A DNA stretch of 63,040 nucleotides, filler included, from Nemertoderma westbladi (GCA_032718475.1; 3 parts of 3 records of this genome joined end to end with filler, not necessarily neighbours in it); one strand, 5' to 3'. Shown: positions 23,637 through 37,033, numbered from the whole stretch's first letter. Notes: generated by a model not told the origin, from the letters alone. Numbers and translations: made by a program.

Positions 23637-24633
23637 TTACCCCTCACTTTATGTGCATACCATGGACTATACTATGTAGTATAGTATGTATTGTGTAGTA
23701 TTTAACTGCATAAATAATTGTTAAATACTTTTTACGTTCACTATTACTTATTAAAATTACACCTTCGATTTTGTATAGAGGCCCTTGGTGAGAGCAGGAC
23801 ATATTCCTTATTTGTAGAATTTATATACCGGTAATATAAATAAATATATAATATTTATCTTTGTAACTATTTACAATTGGTGATATTTTCACAATGTTCA
23901 ACTGTGTTAAATTTTTTGGAAATATATGTTATTATGTTATTAATACCATATAGGCCTATAAAATGTTCTTCAATAACTTTCAATAATAATTTATGCCTTG
24001 AAAATGTAGCTTTTATAACGATAAACCTCTACATTACAACACAAAATGTATCATCGAGTTTCATTTTTCAACAAACAATTAATCTACATTATTTATTGAT
24101 CTACGTAGTGTGATTTAGATGCTTCTATTCGCTGCAGTGTTATTTATCGGTGTTTTTGGCAATATAAATTTTAGATTTAATTTATAGAACACTATTTTTT
24201 TCCCTCATTAATAATGAAGTATGATGTTCAATATTCTAATTAATTAAGGCCACACTAATAATGTACAGCTAAATTTGTCGCTCCACTCTATCTTAGACAA
24301 AGCATTGTTGTAACGTATATAATTAACTATTTAATTTATTACATATTTATTAAATGGGAAAATGATGCAAAATAATTCCTTAATATCGCCTTAATTCGCC
24401 GTATGAAAACGAACTTTTTGTGACATTACTTTTTTTCACTTACACATTTTTTCATGTAGAGATTCTTAGCTACCACGTGTCTTATAGAGAGGAATGCGAG
24501 GATGTTTATCATTACCGCTGCTAAATATGATACTGGTAGGGCAAGAACAATTCCGAAGATTTTATAAGAAAGTTATATATATGAAAGTTCGATGGCTAAC
24601 AATCACTATTTTTAATTGACCGTAAAATTCATA

Positions 24634-24963
24634 CTACTACTACTACTACTACTACTAGGATCGGCATGCTGCATTGCAGCTGCATTTTTAAGAATGCTGT
24701 GCCGGCTTGTCAACAAAATTGCGCCGCCACAACTCCCTATCACCTATGACATTTGCTAGATCATCCGCATCTTTAAGGCCAGTGTCCTTTAAGATGCGTC
24801 TCAAGAAAGTCATGGGTTGTCCACCATGCTTATTCACTCCATGAGGCTGCCAAAGTACAAGATTATGCACTGGTTGGTCCTCACGGCGAAAGCAATGTCC
24901 TGCAAAGCGGAGGCGATTTTGTTCTAGAAATGTTTTGTTTTTTGAAAAATTTTGTTCTTTGTT
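24634..24963 (-). mobile_element. 5'-truncated RTE LINE 3' end with 13-bp TSD
   Basis: (TAG)n tail; matches 49690-49969; CGTAAAATTCATA at 24621-24633 and 24964-24976. Confidence 0.93.
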
Positions 24964-25585
24964 CGTAAAATTCATATTCTACCTGATAATACATGCTCCA
25001 GCCTATGACCCCGTAGGAATTTTATATTTTATGACTTGGCTACCCTACATAGATGTTTAGTGCAGACTTGGGACATTATAAAAAATTTGGGTAGACTTCA
25101 CCAAATGGTTGCGCTCGTTTTTTAGGGGGTCTTAAACATAGCAACGGAGGAAATTGCCATAGCAACAGCTCTTATAGTAAATATGACGAGTTAAAATTTA
25201 TGAAAGATTAGTAATTTGGATATGAAGAATTTAATGGCATATTTAGTTTTTTTGAAAATGCGATAGCAACCAAGTGAAAATGACCTTCAAAGTTAGCAGT
25301 ATTGACAATGTCCTTAGCAAACGGTTTTTAAACGGGTGTAATGCATTTACACTGTGGCGTACGCCAGTTATGGACATTTACAATATTATTGTTGACGTGG
25401 TTGCCGGGCAACCACCAGATATACAGAGTTTTCTGAGTACTGACTTACGGACAGGCAGCTGATAGAAATTAACCGTATCCTACCGGGTACTGCTGCACTG
25501 TCTGACTTTATCGAATATTAATACGAAAATATAATATCGTTCAACTACACACAATATTATGTTTGCGACTTAGCGTGACGCTAAA

Positions 25586-27329
25586 ACATCATGTCCCAGA
25601 ATATAGTGTCGTAATTCAGTGACACGCCCCCCCCCCCCTAATTTTTTTACAAATCGTAATGAGATTGCATGAAATTTGAAACAGAGATAGTTTCACCTCC
25701 CGACCACTGACTGGGTGAGCCAGAATTTTTATTTTTGCCAGTTTTTCCCAGTTTTCCCATTTACACCAGTTACACCGCAGTTATTCTTAAACCTTATATT
25801 AATTTGTTGGTACTGATAGAAAGCTGACCGTACAAGGATTCCAAATATGTAACACAATTTTAATTTCGTTAAAAAATAGCGGAGATATGGGCGTTCAAAT
25901 TTTGCATGGTTATGCACCTATGCGAGGCTATTTTATTCTATTTAATAAATACATCATAATCTGGAATATTGAATCAAATGGGGCGTATATTTTCCACATA
26001 GAAAAATTATGAAGAATTAAAGAATGTAATTTTAGTTGCACTTACAGTAAAAGTAGAGAACGATGTATTGTATTAGTATTAGATAAAAAAGAAAGAGAGG
26101 CACATAACCGGATAAAAGGATTAATATTAATTAAAAATTAAGGTAGGTCATTTAGGTAGAGAGCATAGCGGATCTCGCAGTCGAGACGTGGTACCTTGCA
26201 GCACCTGTTAAAGTGACGTTTGTCTGTGCACTGCTTGGCACACAGAGAGCAGACGCAATCGGGTGTAGGACGCCAACACTTGCTCGTGCAGAATTTGTGA
26301 TGGAAACCATTAGATAGAAAGAGTGCAGCGGCGCGACGGCGGTGACCCGTTAGGTTGTTAATGTTGATCTCATTACAACCACAGGTCGTTGCGCGGTCAA
26401 CTGCGCTTAGAATGGCTGTAGAGGAGGAACATTTCGACACCCCACACCACAGTTTCCAGTAGAACGCCCTTACTTTAGCGACGTGGTCGAGTTCTTCCAC
26501 GGGGTCTGATGTAAACACGCTGCACCCATAGGTAATAGCAGGGAGAATTATAGCAGCCCAGAGCTTCCTAGCGGTGGTAGCGTTGGTGCAGGTTAGTTTC
26601 ACTTTTGTCGATAGCATCATGCAGCAGTCTATACCTTTTTTGTATTTTTCTTTGAAATGGCCGCTTGATACGTTTTTTGTAGTGAGTGTGACACCCAGGT
26701 AATTAAATGTGTTGAGAAACTCTATTTTGGATCCCTTATAATGCAACTGGTCAGATCTCGCCAGATGAGCACCGCGTCGGAACTTCATCGCCTTTGTTTT
26801 GGGTGTATTTACATTTAGGTTATTGGAATCTGGAATATTTTGTTTATCCAAATACGTAGCTGGGCAACAATGCATTACATCTTTAATCATACCATTAAGT
26901 AGATATTCATACATTTAAAAAATGTTCCAGAATATGGTTTATTTATAAATAGAATGAAATAGCCTCGCGCCGGTGCATATCCGTGCAACATTTGAACGCT
27001 CATATCTCAGCTATTTTTCAACGAAATTCAAATTGTGTTACATATTTGGAATCCTTGCATGACCAGCTTTCCATTGGTACCAACAAACAGCTATAAGGTT
27101 GAAGAATAACTGCGGTGTAACTGGTGTAATATCGCTGGAGACACTTTTTTAAACGCTTGTAGCTAAAGATTGAAAGTAAAAATAAAAATTCTGGCTCACC
27201 CAGTCAGTGGTCGGGAGGTGAAACTATCTCTGTTTCAAATTTCATGCAATCTCATTACGATTTGTAAAAAAATTAGGGGGGGGGGGGGCGTTTCACTGAA
27301 TTACGACACTATATTCTGGGACATGGTGT
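25586..27329. mobile_element. Nested element with ~370-bp TIRs
   Basis: 25586-25950 is the reverse complement of 26945-27329. No TSD is evident. Confidence 0.8.
26065..26830 (-). mobile_element. 3' fragment of a non-LTR retrotransposon with C-terminal CCHC knuckle
   Basis: LNVNTPKTKAM..., FNYLGVTL, IILPAITYGC, CSLC-x8-H-x3-C; (AATAC)-like tail. Confidence 0.78.
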
Positions 27330-28200
27330 CATCGGATCAGAGTCTACCACCAATATATCAAGTATAAGGAACAATAAGCACTACTTGCTTGCTTACAGTT
27401 GCCATGGCAACGGGTAACTTTGACTAGAAACGGGCTATATATTAGCCGCAGCGTCATTAAAATCAACCTCCAACCCACTATAGTTTAGTTTAACATTTAT
27501 TTTATTGAATATCGAAGTTCACCCAATTGAGCAACAAGCATAATGCTTATAAGCACCCTTTTGGGCCGAGGATTACAAATTAAGAATATTGCAGCACCAG
27601 ACCCGTCACCACTCTAAAATTGAGTACGTTTACAATAATCGCTGCAATAAGCTAGTCGAAAAAATTTAATATAAGATAAAAATTAACACAATTATTAGAA
27701 AAAACAGAACCAATTGAGGCATACGAATCCAGACACAATCACTACATAAACCACACATACATACACACACACACATACACCCCTTTCATACTTCCTTACT
27801 CGTCAGTGCTAAGAGTTGAATCGTTTTGTGGCAGTTACATAAAGATAGACTGCTGTAAAGAAAGATGTTATGCGAAATATTAGATTTCATTTTGTTTTTG
27901 GGTCCATATAATAACAATGTCAATGTAGGAATCTCCAAGAAATGATAATTATAATGTTGTAAAGAATATTTTGTTGATCTGAGTAATTAATACATTCTGT
28001 AAAATAATGGGTACCACTATATCGAGTATAAGGAAAAATATGCAATATGTTTCAGTTTCTAGATGCCATGGCAACTTGTAATAATTGTTAACAATGTGTT
28101 TTTCATATCACTTAGCTGTTTTGACACCATAAAAGAGATATTTTGATATTCTGATTTTTTTTTATATATTGCGTATGTATATTATTGTAATTGTAAATGT

Positions 28201-28396
28201 AATTGTCCGGGACCGAATTGTCCTACATCCGTTTTGATTTTATTTTTGAAAATTTATATTAATTGTAAATTTTGAAAGCAATTCGTTGAAATGGAAATCC
28301 GGTCAAAAAAATGAAATCCGGCCGGAGCCGGAACCGGATTTTTTTCTCAAAATCCGGCCGGAATTGCGGCCCGGCCGGTTATCCGGCACACCCCTA
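28201..28396. mobile_element. Orphan right ends of the 15-bp foldback family and of a hAT-like (TAGGG) family
   Basis: gaattgtcctacatcc at 28215-28230; a CCGG-rich tract ends in gcacaccccta. Confidence 0.65.
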
Positions 28397-28708
28397 GAAA
28401 TTACATTGTGTTAAGAATTACAATTACAACAGTAATCAGTGCACATAAGACCGTTTGCATACAAGAACAAGAACAGTGCGCATGCTAGCCGCTAGGGGGC
28501 TACATGTGCAAACATTAAATGTCCTTCCATTTCTTTGCTTTTATTTCGTTCAAGGTAAAACTTGGCATATATGTACTAAACCACTTGCTGCGACTTTGTT
28601 TAATGTTTACACATGTAGTCCCCTAGCGGCTGGCATGCGCACTGTTCTTGTTCATGTAGACCTAACGGTGTTATGTCGTAATTGCGATTCTTAAAACAAT
28701 GTAATTTC
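28397..28708. mobile_element. Palindromic MITE (~312 bp)
   Basis: Termini GAAATTACATTG / CAATGTAATTTC with ~120-bp imperfect arms. Confidence 0.82.
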
Positions 28709-29649
28709 ATTTATTTAAGAATGTTATAGAATGTTATAAGAATGTTATGGGCATAAAGTGATGACAAATGTAATATCTGTAAGTATTATACGTATCATGT
28801 AAAATTTAAAATTTGCTCTTATATGTAGTCAAAACAGCTAAGTGATATGAAAAACACTTTGTTAACAATTCTGACAATGTTGCCATGGCATCTAGAAACT
28901 GAAAGATATCGCATATTTTTCCTTATACTCGATATAGTGGGGGTGTGGAGGTTGATTTTAATGACGCTACGGCTAATATATAGCCCGTTTCTAGCCAAAG
29001 TTACCCGTTTCCATAGCAACTGCAAGCAAGCAAGTTAATGTTCCTTAGACTTGATATATTATATTGGTGGTAGACTCTGATCCGATGACGTTACGACCAC
29101 TGTAAATGCATTACACCCGTTTAAAGCCCGTTGCTAAGGACATTGTCAATACTGCTAACTTTGAAGGTCGTTTTCACTTGATTGCTATGGTATATTATTC
29201 AAAAAACTAAATATGCCATTAAATTCTTTTATTATAGGAAGGGATCTAGGGTTCTTTACCTCAAATTATAAGTTTATTTTACCGGCTTGCCAACACATTG
29301 TTATTATCAATAATTAAATTCTTCATATCCAAAATAGTAATCTTTCATAAATTTTAACTCGTCATATCTACTATCTGCTATGGCAATTTTCTCCGTTGCT
29401 ATGTTTAAGATCCCCTAAAAAACGAGCGCAACCATTTTGGTGAAGTCTACCCACATTTTTTAAATATCCCATATCTGTACTAAAGGGTACCTCAGTCATA
29501 TATAAAATTCCTACGCTCATAGGCTGGAGTCTCTATTATGAGTGCGTAGTGGAGTTTTGTATGAGTTAGGTGGCAGGGTTAAGCTACCAACGGTTACAAT
29601 GCTTAACACACGAGGACAGTATTTGAAGTTTTGAATGTACGTAAACATG

Positions 29650-29700
29650 GAGGTGGCAAGTTTTCTTGATCAATGACCTAGAATACCTGACCTGACCACA
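29650..29700 (+). pseudogene. Paralogous fragment of the LRR exon at 5390-5451
   Basis: 29662-29694 matches minus-strand 5428-5396 at 30/33 nt. It reads SFLDQ*PRIPDL (TGT to TGA). Confidence 0.6.
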
Positions 29701-31620
29701 GTTCCATATTGATTATGGATGACCACAGTTCCATAGATTGATTACATAGTTAAGGCGGAATTATTAAGAACGCTCGAACAAATTACAGTCCATGATTTGA
29801 ACAATATAATGTTACATACTTACACGTTACATAAACTTATACAGTATCAACTGTTTCAACTCGAATGAATTATAAGCACAATTATAGAAAGATACTGCTT
29901 ATGGATGGTCTACATTAGCACTTATATCTGACATGTTTAAGATTGAACGGAGAACAAATAACGAATTGGGAGAAGGTTTTCACTTTGAGACATTATCACC
30001 CTCTAGCGGGAGCGGCAGACTGCAGAATTCCTGACAGATTGGCCTCCATTTAAAGATACAGCTAATGAATGGTCTAGTAGTGTTACATGCCAAGTTTCAG
30101 CTTAAACGGATTTAAAACAAAGAAACGGAAGAATGTTTAATGTTTAGACATGTAGCCCTCTAGCGGGAGACTGTTTAATGGGTGATGTCTGAAAGTCTCT
30201 CAAAAAAATATCGCCTTTTGGAGTTTTGGTCCTTTTTATGCTTACAAATTTTCTACTCGACAGCATTAAAAATCCTACTAAGTTATTTCATGGACTTCTA
30301 AAATATTACTTATATACCTATGACTTGAAACTAGGTAGCATAGGAAAAGTATAAATATGTACCAGTTGGGGCCTACTTATTAATTACTACTGCTCAGAGT
30401 AAGTAATAGTGTATGTTGCATGTGCTAGTTTTTAGCGCATGTCGTAATTAATCTTAAAGAGGTAAACATGAGTCTTACACTAAAGCTCTACACCCCATAG
30501 AGTGTAGGCCTCTAATGTTTAATGTTTAGGCCTAATGTGTAATGAATGCATCATTACAGCATTATGTTGACTCATGGCAACCAAACCTTGTTAATGAATC
30601 TGTGAATGGGATTTCAATGCTTACATGGTTACTCCTCTACTCCTTGCTTACTGATTGGATAATTCTCTAGGCCTATTATTGGCAACAACAAAGAACGTAT
30701 GTGGGCGTGTTGTGTATATACCTCTGAACACACTCTGAAGTTGCGTCAGAATAACTTTATCAGTTTATTGTATTCCATTCAGCCCTTTGTCCTTTAAACT
30801 GTACTACCGGTACCGTACTATTGCCGTATTGGTATCGGACAACAAGTCAACAACTACCTAACTGACTAAACCAACGGGGGTAACGGCTGGCTGGCTGGTG
30901 CAGATAACATTCACAATACCATAGGGAGGCCTACTGCCATTCCAGTTCACAGTTCTACTGCTGTACCTGTTTACTGTTTGTTGCAGCTTTTGAAGGTACC
31001 GGTCAATCGGTTGGAACCGTACTGAGGTACCACGTCACCGTTTTAGTACCGGTACTGGTATAAATTATTATAAATTTTGTAATCAATCGTGGGCTCTATC
31101 AGTCGGTCGTAAGCGTCAGAACGTGGTTATTTGAATTTCTGCGTCGCTACCGCCCTGCCTCTAGCAGTCTAGCTCTAACTATCTAACCACTAAGCCTACT
31201 CCTGTGACAGTACTGACAGTGCTGGCTGTGTGTATTTGTACCGGTACCGGACCACCGGACCGTTTGCCGGACAGCCGACAGGCCGGTACGGCGGTACGGT
31301 ACCGTACGTGTTTGCAAATCTACACCAGTAAGTAGGCCTACAGTCTGACAGTACAGCAGTCAAGCAGTACACCTATATCAGTATATCGGCATCAAGGCGT
31401 TCTTAACTAAAGGCCATGCAACCGTGCAGCACTGAAGGCTGACTGGCGGCTGACCACATTAACTGAATTTTACATCTTGGAGTCCCTCTTTCATCAATTT
31501 AAACCAATGCAGCTGGTTCGTAACAATGGAATATCCATTAAAACGTTAAATTGAAATGTGAAATATGGAAAAAATATCGAATATTAACAATTTTATAAAT
31601 GGAAGATAATATCGGTTATA

Positions 31621-31746
31621 TCTATATATAAATAAAGAGAAGGGTATGTCTGTCTGTTCACGTTTTTCTCCAGAACTACTGACCCCAGAGGGCTGAAATC
31701 GCGCCGAGCGCGATGGGATGCCGGCGAAGCCGGCCATCCCAGCTAG
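31621..31746 (+). mobile_element. Minimal non-autonomous Helitron (126 bp)
   Basis: A|TC 5' end; GC-rich hairpin GGGATGCCGGC-GAA-GCCGGCCATCCC; CTAG|T 3' end; no TSD. Confidence 0.85.
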
Positions 31747-31950
31747 TATTATATAACCGAATGCCGAACGTAGCACATGCAAATACATTAAACGATAATT
31801 ACTAACACGGACCGTATATTATACAGCTATCCACATTATTTATCACATATATTTATTTATAAATTAGGAGTACAGTAGCACAAATGTGATATAAGTTACC
31901 GTAGCACAATTATGCGATTTTAGTTAAGTATATAGCACAAATGGAGTTTT

Positions 31951-34854
31951 CTAGCGAGATTCTGATAATTTTCTTTTCTTTTGTGCATTCTCCTTTGTAG
32001 ATCGTGGAGTTTTTAATATACAATCATTATTTACAAAAATATTAATCAATTTGCGAGTAGATGCGCGAGTTATTTCCAGACAATAGACAGATGACAAATA
32101 ACAAAAAACGGTTTCTAGAGATTTTTGGCAAAATTCTGATTTTAAATTAATAAACAACATATAACAATAAAATGTGAATATACAAGTCTTGTCATCTGGT
32201 TTCCTTAATCCACCGCGGTCAAGTCTGTTTAAATATAGTTTATTATCATCAGAAATAGAGTCCTCCAGTTCTTCCAAGTTGTCCAGTAATTCGCATTCGT
32301 CTTCACTCAATGTAGATGGACAGTTCTCACAAACATGTTGTTGATTTCCTTCAACAGTGCTTCCCAATTCTAGCAAAAGTTTGCTAACCAAGATTCTCGA
32401 CTTGTCCAATGCCTGTTGACAATTAATAAAGTATGTTCCACCTGATCCTTGACGCAGAACTCCAAACATACTTTCCACATCATCGCTGTTGTGTTCCCCA
32501 ATCATGACAAAGTCAGCTGTGTCAAGACGTTTACGGACTAAATAGACAAGACCACGACAGGTATGCGATAAGGCGGTACCAGTATCTTTTGTTAAAGTTC
32601 TAAATCTCTCATTGGGTTTCACTGTATTGGTCATGGAGTCGGCCATATCAGCAATGTCTACCAATGTCTGTAACCGAGGATCGGAATTTAATTGAATAAC
32701 AGCACGATCTTCATCTCTTGAACGGATATCTGCGCCAACTGTGCGAACATTCACAATTCGCCAAAAGAGTATAATTATTTTTAAGAATTCGACAGTTTCT
32801 TTCACTTCGTCTTGGTCCACAAGACGAGAAGACTCGAAGGCCGCAACTGTTACAACACAGAAAATTCGCAAACATAATCCAACCCGCTGTCGTTCGATCA
32901 GTTTTGGCCTAACTGCAGCTTCGTTCAATCTAGAGAGTTTAACTAGTGAGTCCTTCTCCGTTTCATAAAGTTCAACGAGATGTGACCACTTTGCAACTCC
33001 AGTTTTACCACAGTAATGGTAACGTAGCTCACCGTTTCTCTCCGTTAACCAATTGTTCCTTAGGCATTTCATCAAATGAACATAATCAAATATATAGAAG
33101 GAATACACCCTGAACAGTAAGCCAAGGTTTACTAGGCTCAACAGAAAAATTCCTGAAAAACCGCTGGTTTACCCGATTGCCATCTACTAAGATGCAAACT
33201 ATCGTTCCGCCTGCATTGCTGATGTTATTTATAACTTGAACACACTGTGAATACTGGAAACTGGCATCCAACCCTGCAACAGGCAATAACTTATATAAAA
33301 ACGACGGTCCACCAAATAAACACTTGACTTGAAATGCCTTGAATTGACTTGACTTGACTTGATCTAGAGGAGGCAAAATAAACAAACGCTCGAACAATTG
33401 TTTCCGTAGAATACAAGCGACAGTATTTAGTGATAATGTGGTCTAATATCACGCTGTTTCTGTGACATATTTGCAGCTGATTCAAAAAACGAACGGCTTT
33501 CTCAAGGCGTGACCATTTATTCAGTGCCGTTATGCGCAGCTGACTAAGAGTCGAGATAGAGCATGCAATCCCACAATGAAATGCTTGGAAAGAAAAAGAA
33601 TCGTTCAGTTTAATCAAAAATCGAGGAATTCCTTCAATGTAATCAACAGACAGGATATTAAGGGGGGGGGGGGGGGGGGGGGGGTACACCATTTTGGTCC
33701 AAAATATGTCGAAATTTTTTTTATGGTTTATTGTAATGCACCATTGAATGGTGTTTCCAAATCTGAAAACCGCTATTTAATAGCTCTTTTAGTTTTCAAG
33801 TTATGTAAATTTCCATTTACGGAATCCTATTGAAATTACTATTACTATGTATAATGAAAGGTCGATTATCTCTAAATATTTTTTTCATGAAATTGTCAAC
33901 TTCAAAACCCTACTACTTCTACAATTTTTGAGTAATTAGTCTGAAACTTCCTGTGGGTGTCTAGATAGCCACCCTGCATAAAAGTATCAGGCAACTTTTC
34001 GAAATTTTTTGTTAATAAAATTTAATACTATTTATAAAAAACCTAAAAATTTGCATAAATTTGCAGCGCCACCTAGCGGTGCAGAATTATTTTAACAAAA
34101 TTTCGCCTGATAGTTATGTTGCCCCATCTTTGATCTATCATATAAAAAAACTTTCATGTGATTAGTAGGTTCAAAACTGTAAAAGCCTTAGGGTTTTAAG
34201 CGCAACCAAGTTTTTTTTGAGGTTAACTAGTATTAACTAATATTAAATAGCGAAAAAAAAAAAATTTCTGACCTGTCATGTAGAATAGCATCTTAGGCAC
34301 CTATATGCCAAATTTTAGCCAAAATCAAACAATTTTGAAACGCTGAGAGTGATAAATCGAATAGTTGTCCGAAAATGGTGTACCCCCCCCTTAACAGTCT
34401 CATCGGAACGATAAACATTCACTCCATTCGGTAGTTTAGAAAGTTCTTGACATATTGTTGAGATAGAGTCGATATCGTCACTTTTAGTAAATGCATCTAA
34501 CTGATCTGGTTCCAATGATCTAACTTCCAGGGATGATCTTTTAGTAGTTCGACGAGCGGCTACTGGAGTTGGAACTTGGCTTTTGGGGATCGTTGGAAAC
34601 ACAGACGGTGGATTTATCGGCCGATGCTTTCCCCTAATAGTAATAGTCGGAAAATCAGAAGGCCAGTGTTTGCTACAAACAACGGTGTTTTTAGTTTCAG
34701 GAATGTTGTCTCGTGGAATGGCCTGAATCCAGCGTCGCCGTTCTTCATCATCCGCTGGTAAACGATAAACAGCAACGCGTTCTTTTGTTGTTGTTGAGTG
34801 CTCGTCGTAGTTGGACCGGCAACCAAATAGGCCTACGCAACATTTCAGTGGCAT
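31951..34854 (-). pseudogene. THAP9/P-type transposase, disrupted
   Basis: THAP domain (MPLKCCV..GC...W...VCSKHW...PSVF), VDGNRVN, DYVHLMKCLRNNW and DDVESMFGVLRQGSGG. Disrupted by a MITE insertion, a probable deletion at ~33355 and a frameshift at ~33095. Confidence 0.9.
33662..34390. mobile_element. Kolobok-like MITE inside the transposase gene
   Basis: TTAA TSDs at 33658-33661 and 34391-34394; TIR GGGGGGGGTACACCATTTT. Removing it restores the frame (SDETV-NILSVD). Confidence 0.9.
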
Positions 34855-35614
34855 TATTAATTAAACATTGAGCAGGGCACGGATAATTGTACGGAGAAAC
34901 GAGTAGGCCTAGTTTACAGAATAATGAGCTTTCTTCAGTTCCCAGTTGTTAGGATAGGCCTACCTGAAAAAAAGGGCCTAGCCTTTTAATACTGTAATAT
35001 GTACTTAATTTATTGTTATCGTATCTTTTAAACCAGACAAATGTGTTAATAATGATTCACCAGTCTGTCTGACGGTACAGCTGTACAGTCAGTGTAACAT
35101 TAAATTACAGTTACCGGTAGACAGAACAGCAGTACAGCAGTAGCAATACTGCAGTACTACATACTATGCTATTCTACTGTATTAAACTGTGAATAGCGTC
35201 AGCCTCCAGTCAGCCTTCAGTGCTGCACGGTTGCATGGCCTTTATTTAAGAACGCCTTGATCGGCATCAATCTGTCAATGCATCCATCAATCACCTACAT
35301 CGCCCTGGGTCTATAGCCATGATACAGCCATAGTGTTAGCCGAAATTCCGTCCATCTTCAGGACTTTATCTCTGGAAATGGAGTGTTTTAGTAATGCAGT
35401 AACTAAGAACTGAAACTGAACTGAAGTAATGTAACATGTAATAAGGTTAATACTGTATGTTTTGTTAACTGATCACAGTCCTTAATTGCAACTCAAAGGG
35501 TCTGTTCACATACTGACATATTACTATGGGAAGGAGAGGGTTTGGGAAGAAATTTTACGTTTGCAAATTTTTTCTTTTATATTAAATTGTCACATATGGG
35601 AGGGGGGTGGGTCC

Positions 35615-36125
35615 CATAGTTCATAACTGTTGCGTTGACTGCAGTACGAGTACAGTATATTGCGCTAGTTCAAATAAAACATTTTGTTGTGAAATTTATC
35701 TATCTATTAACTATTTACAAACATGTACATGCGTGTTTATTTAGAAGTTTTAGTAATACCGTAATCTTAAATGTTCTAACTCAACTTCAGTTCAAACATT
35801 GCTTATAATATTACTATAGTAGGCCCTACTACAGTACTAATATATATTTACACTCTTTTGGTCATAGTTAGATATCAGGTTACGAATTTATACAGTATGT
35901 TAATTAATATAATAATAATAATTACTTAAAAATAATTAATAATGAATGTGAATAATTAATTAATTTCCATTTGTAATACTAACGTTCATTTAATAATAAT
36001 GTGGCAATTTGTAAATTTCTATTTGTAATATTGATGTTTATGTAATACTAATAATTAATTGAATATGGGTTTGCAATAATTATTATGTTATTATGTATTA
36101 TCTCAGTCAACGCAACAGTTATGAA
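35615..36125. mobile_element. MITE-like element
   Basis: Perfect 22-bp inverted repeat TTCATAACTGTTGCGTTGACTG (35620-35641 / 36104-36125) around an AT-rich core. Confidence 0.7.
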
Positions 36126-36325
36126 TTCAAATCATAAATGTAAACTGTTTTACTGTAATCTAAAACGTAACTCAAATACTCTCACTGTATATCTATAATA
36201 ATACAGTAATTGTAATAGAACAACAAACCTTACCGTATTATTTTATTTCTTCTTATAATAATGTCCAATGCCATAACTAGGCTTAGTAGGCTTCCCTGTA
36301 AATATAGAAATAAATGATTAATATT

Positions 36326-36468
36326 GACTTGCGGCGAGGTGTCCGATAATTTGCGGCGAAATGGCATTCACAGTGAGACACCTCGCCGCAAGACACCTCG
36401 CCGCACATTATCTGCGGCGAGATGACTTGCGGCGAAGTGGCAGTGCGGCGAGGTGACCAGCACCCAGG
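36326..36468. repeat. GCGGCGA-core repeats in both orientations; probable MULE/foldback terminus
   Basis: About 7 copies of GCGGCGA/TCGCCGC, ending CCAGCACCC. Confidence 0.55.
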
Positions 36469-36473
36469 GATAG

Positions 36474-37033
36474 GCATGGGCAGCCTTGGATAGGCTTTCC
36501 AGGATTTGGAAGTCACCGAGAATTAACCGGAAACTTAAGGTCCGATTATTTAGAGCAGCAGTAGTTCCAGTACTCCTCTATGGGAATCCATGCTGCGCTC
36601 TAACTGCTGAGGACAACAAATCTCTGGATGGTACATTCACAAGAATGCTACGCCGGGTTCATTGTGTCAAGCACAATGCACACATCTCCAACCAGACTCT
36701 ATATAATATTGGAGGTGTCTCATTGCTCCCCCAATGAAGCTTGACACTAGAACAAAGTCGCCTCCGCTTTGCAGGACATTGCTTTCGCCTTGAGGACCAG
36801 TCAGTGCATAATCTTGTGCTTTGGCAGCCTCATGGAGTGAATAAGCATGGTGGACAGCCCATGACTTTCTTGAGACGCATCTTAAAGGACACTGGCCTTG
36901 AAGATGCGGATGATCTAACAAATGTCATGGGTGATAGGTAGTTGTGGGCTGTTGCGGCGCAATTTTGTCGATAAGCCGGCACAGCATTCTTAAAAATGCA
37001 GCTGCAATGCTGCATGCCGATCATAGTAGTAGT
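36474..37033 (+). mobile_element. 5'-truncated RTE LINE
   Basis: Near-identical to 49417-49969, with a (TAG)n tail. Confidence 0.93.

Larger units (their letters stand above)
24985..29540. mobile_element. Large foldback-type element with long inverted arms and nested insertions
   Basis: 24985-25355 pairs with 29095-29540, 27328-27480 with 28935-29090, and 28014-28130 with 28825-28940. Confidence 0.75.
31393..35259 (-). mobile_element. P-superfamily DNA transposon (THAP + P-element-type transposase), inactivated
   Basis: ~62-bp TIRs beginning CAAGGCGTTCTTAA and a perfect 8-bp TSD ATCGGCAT (31385-31392, 35260-35267). Confidence 0.93.

Noticed and set aside
33662-34390. piggyBac assignment for the TTAA-flanked elements
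   Set aside because: The termini begin with purines (GG), which fits Kolobok rather than the CC/YY ends of piggyBac.
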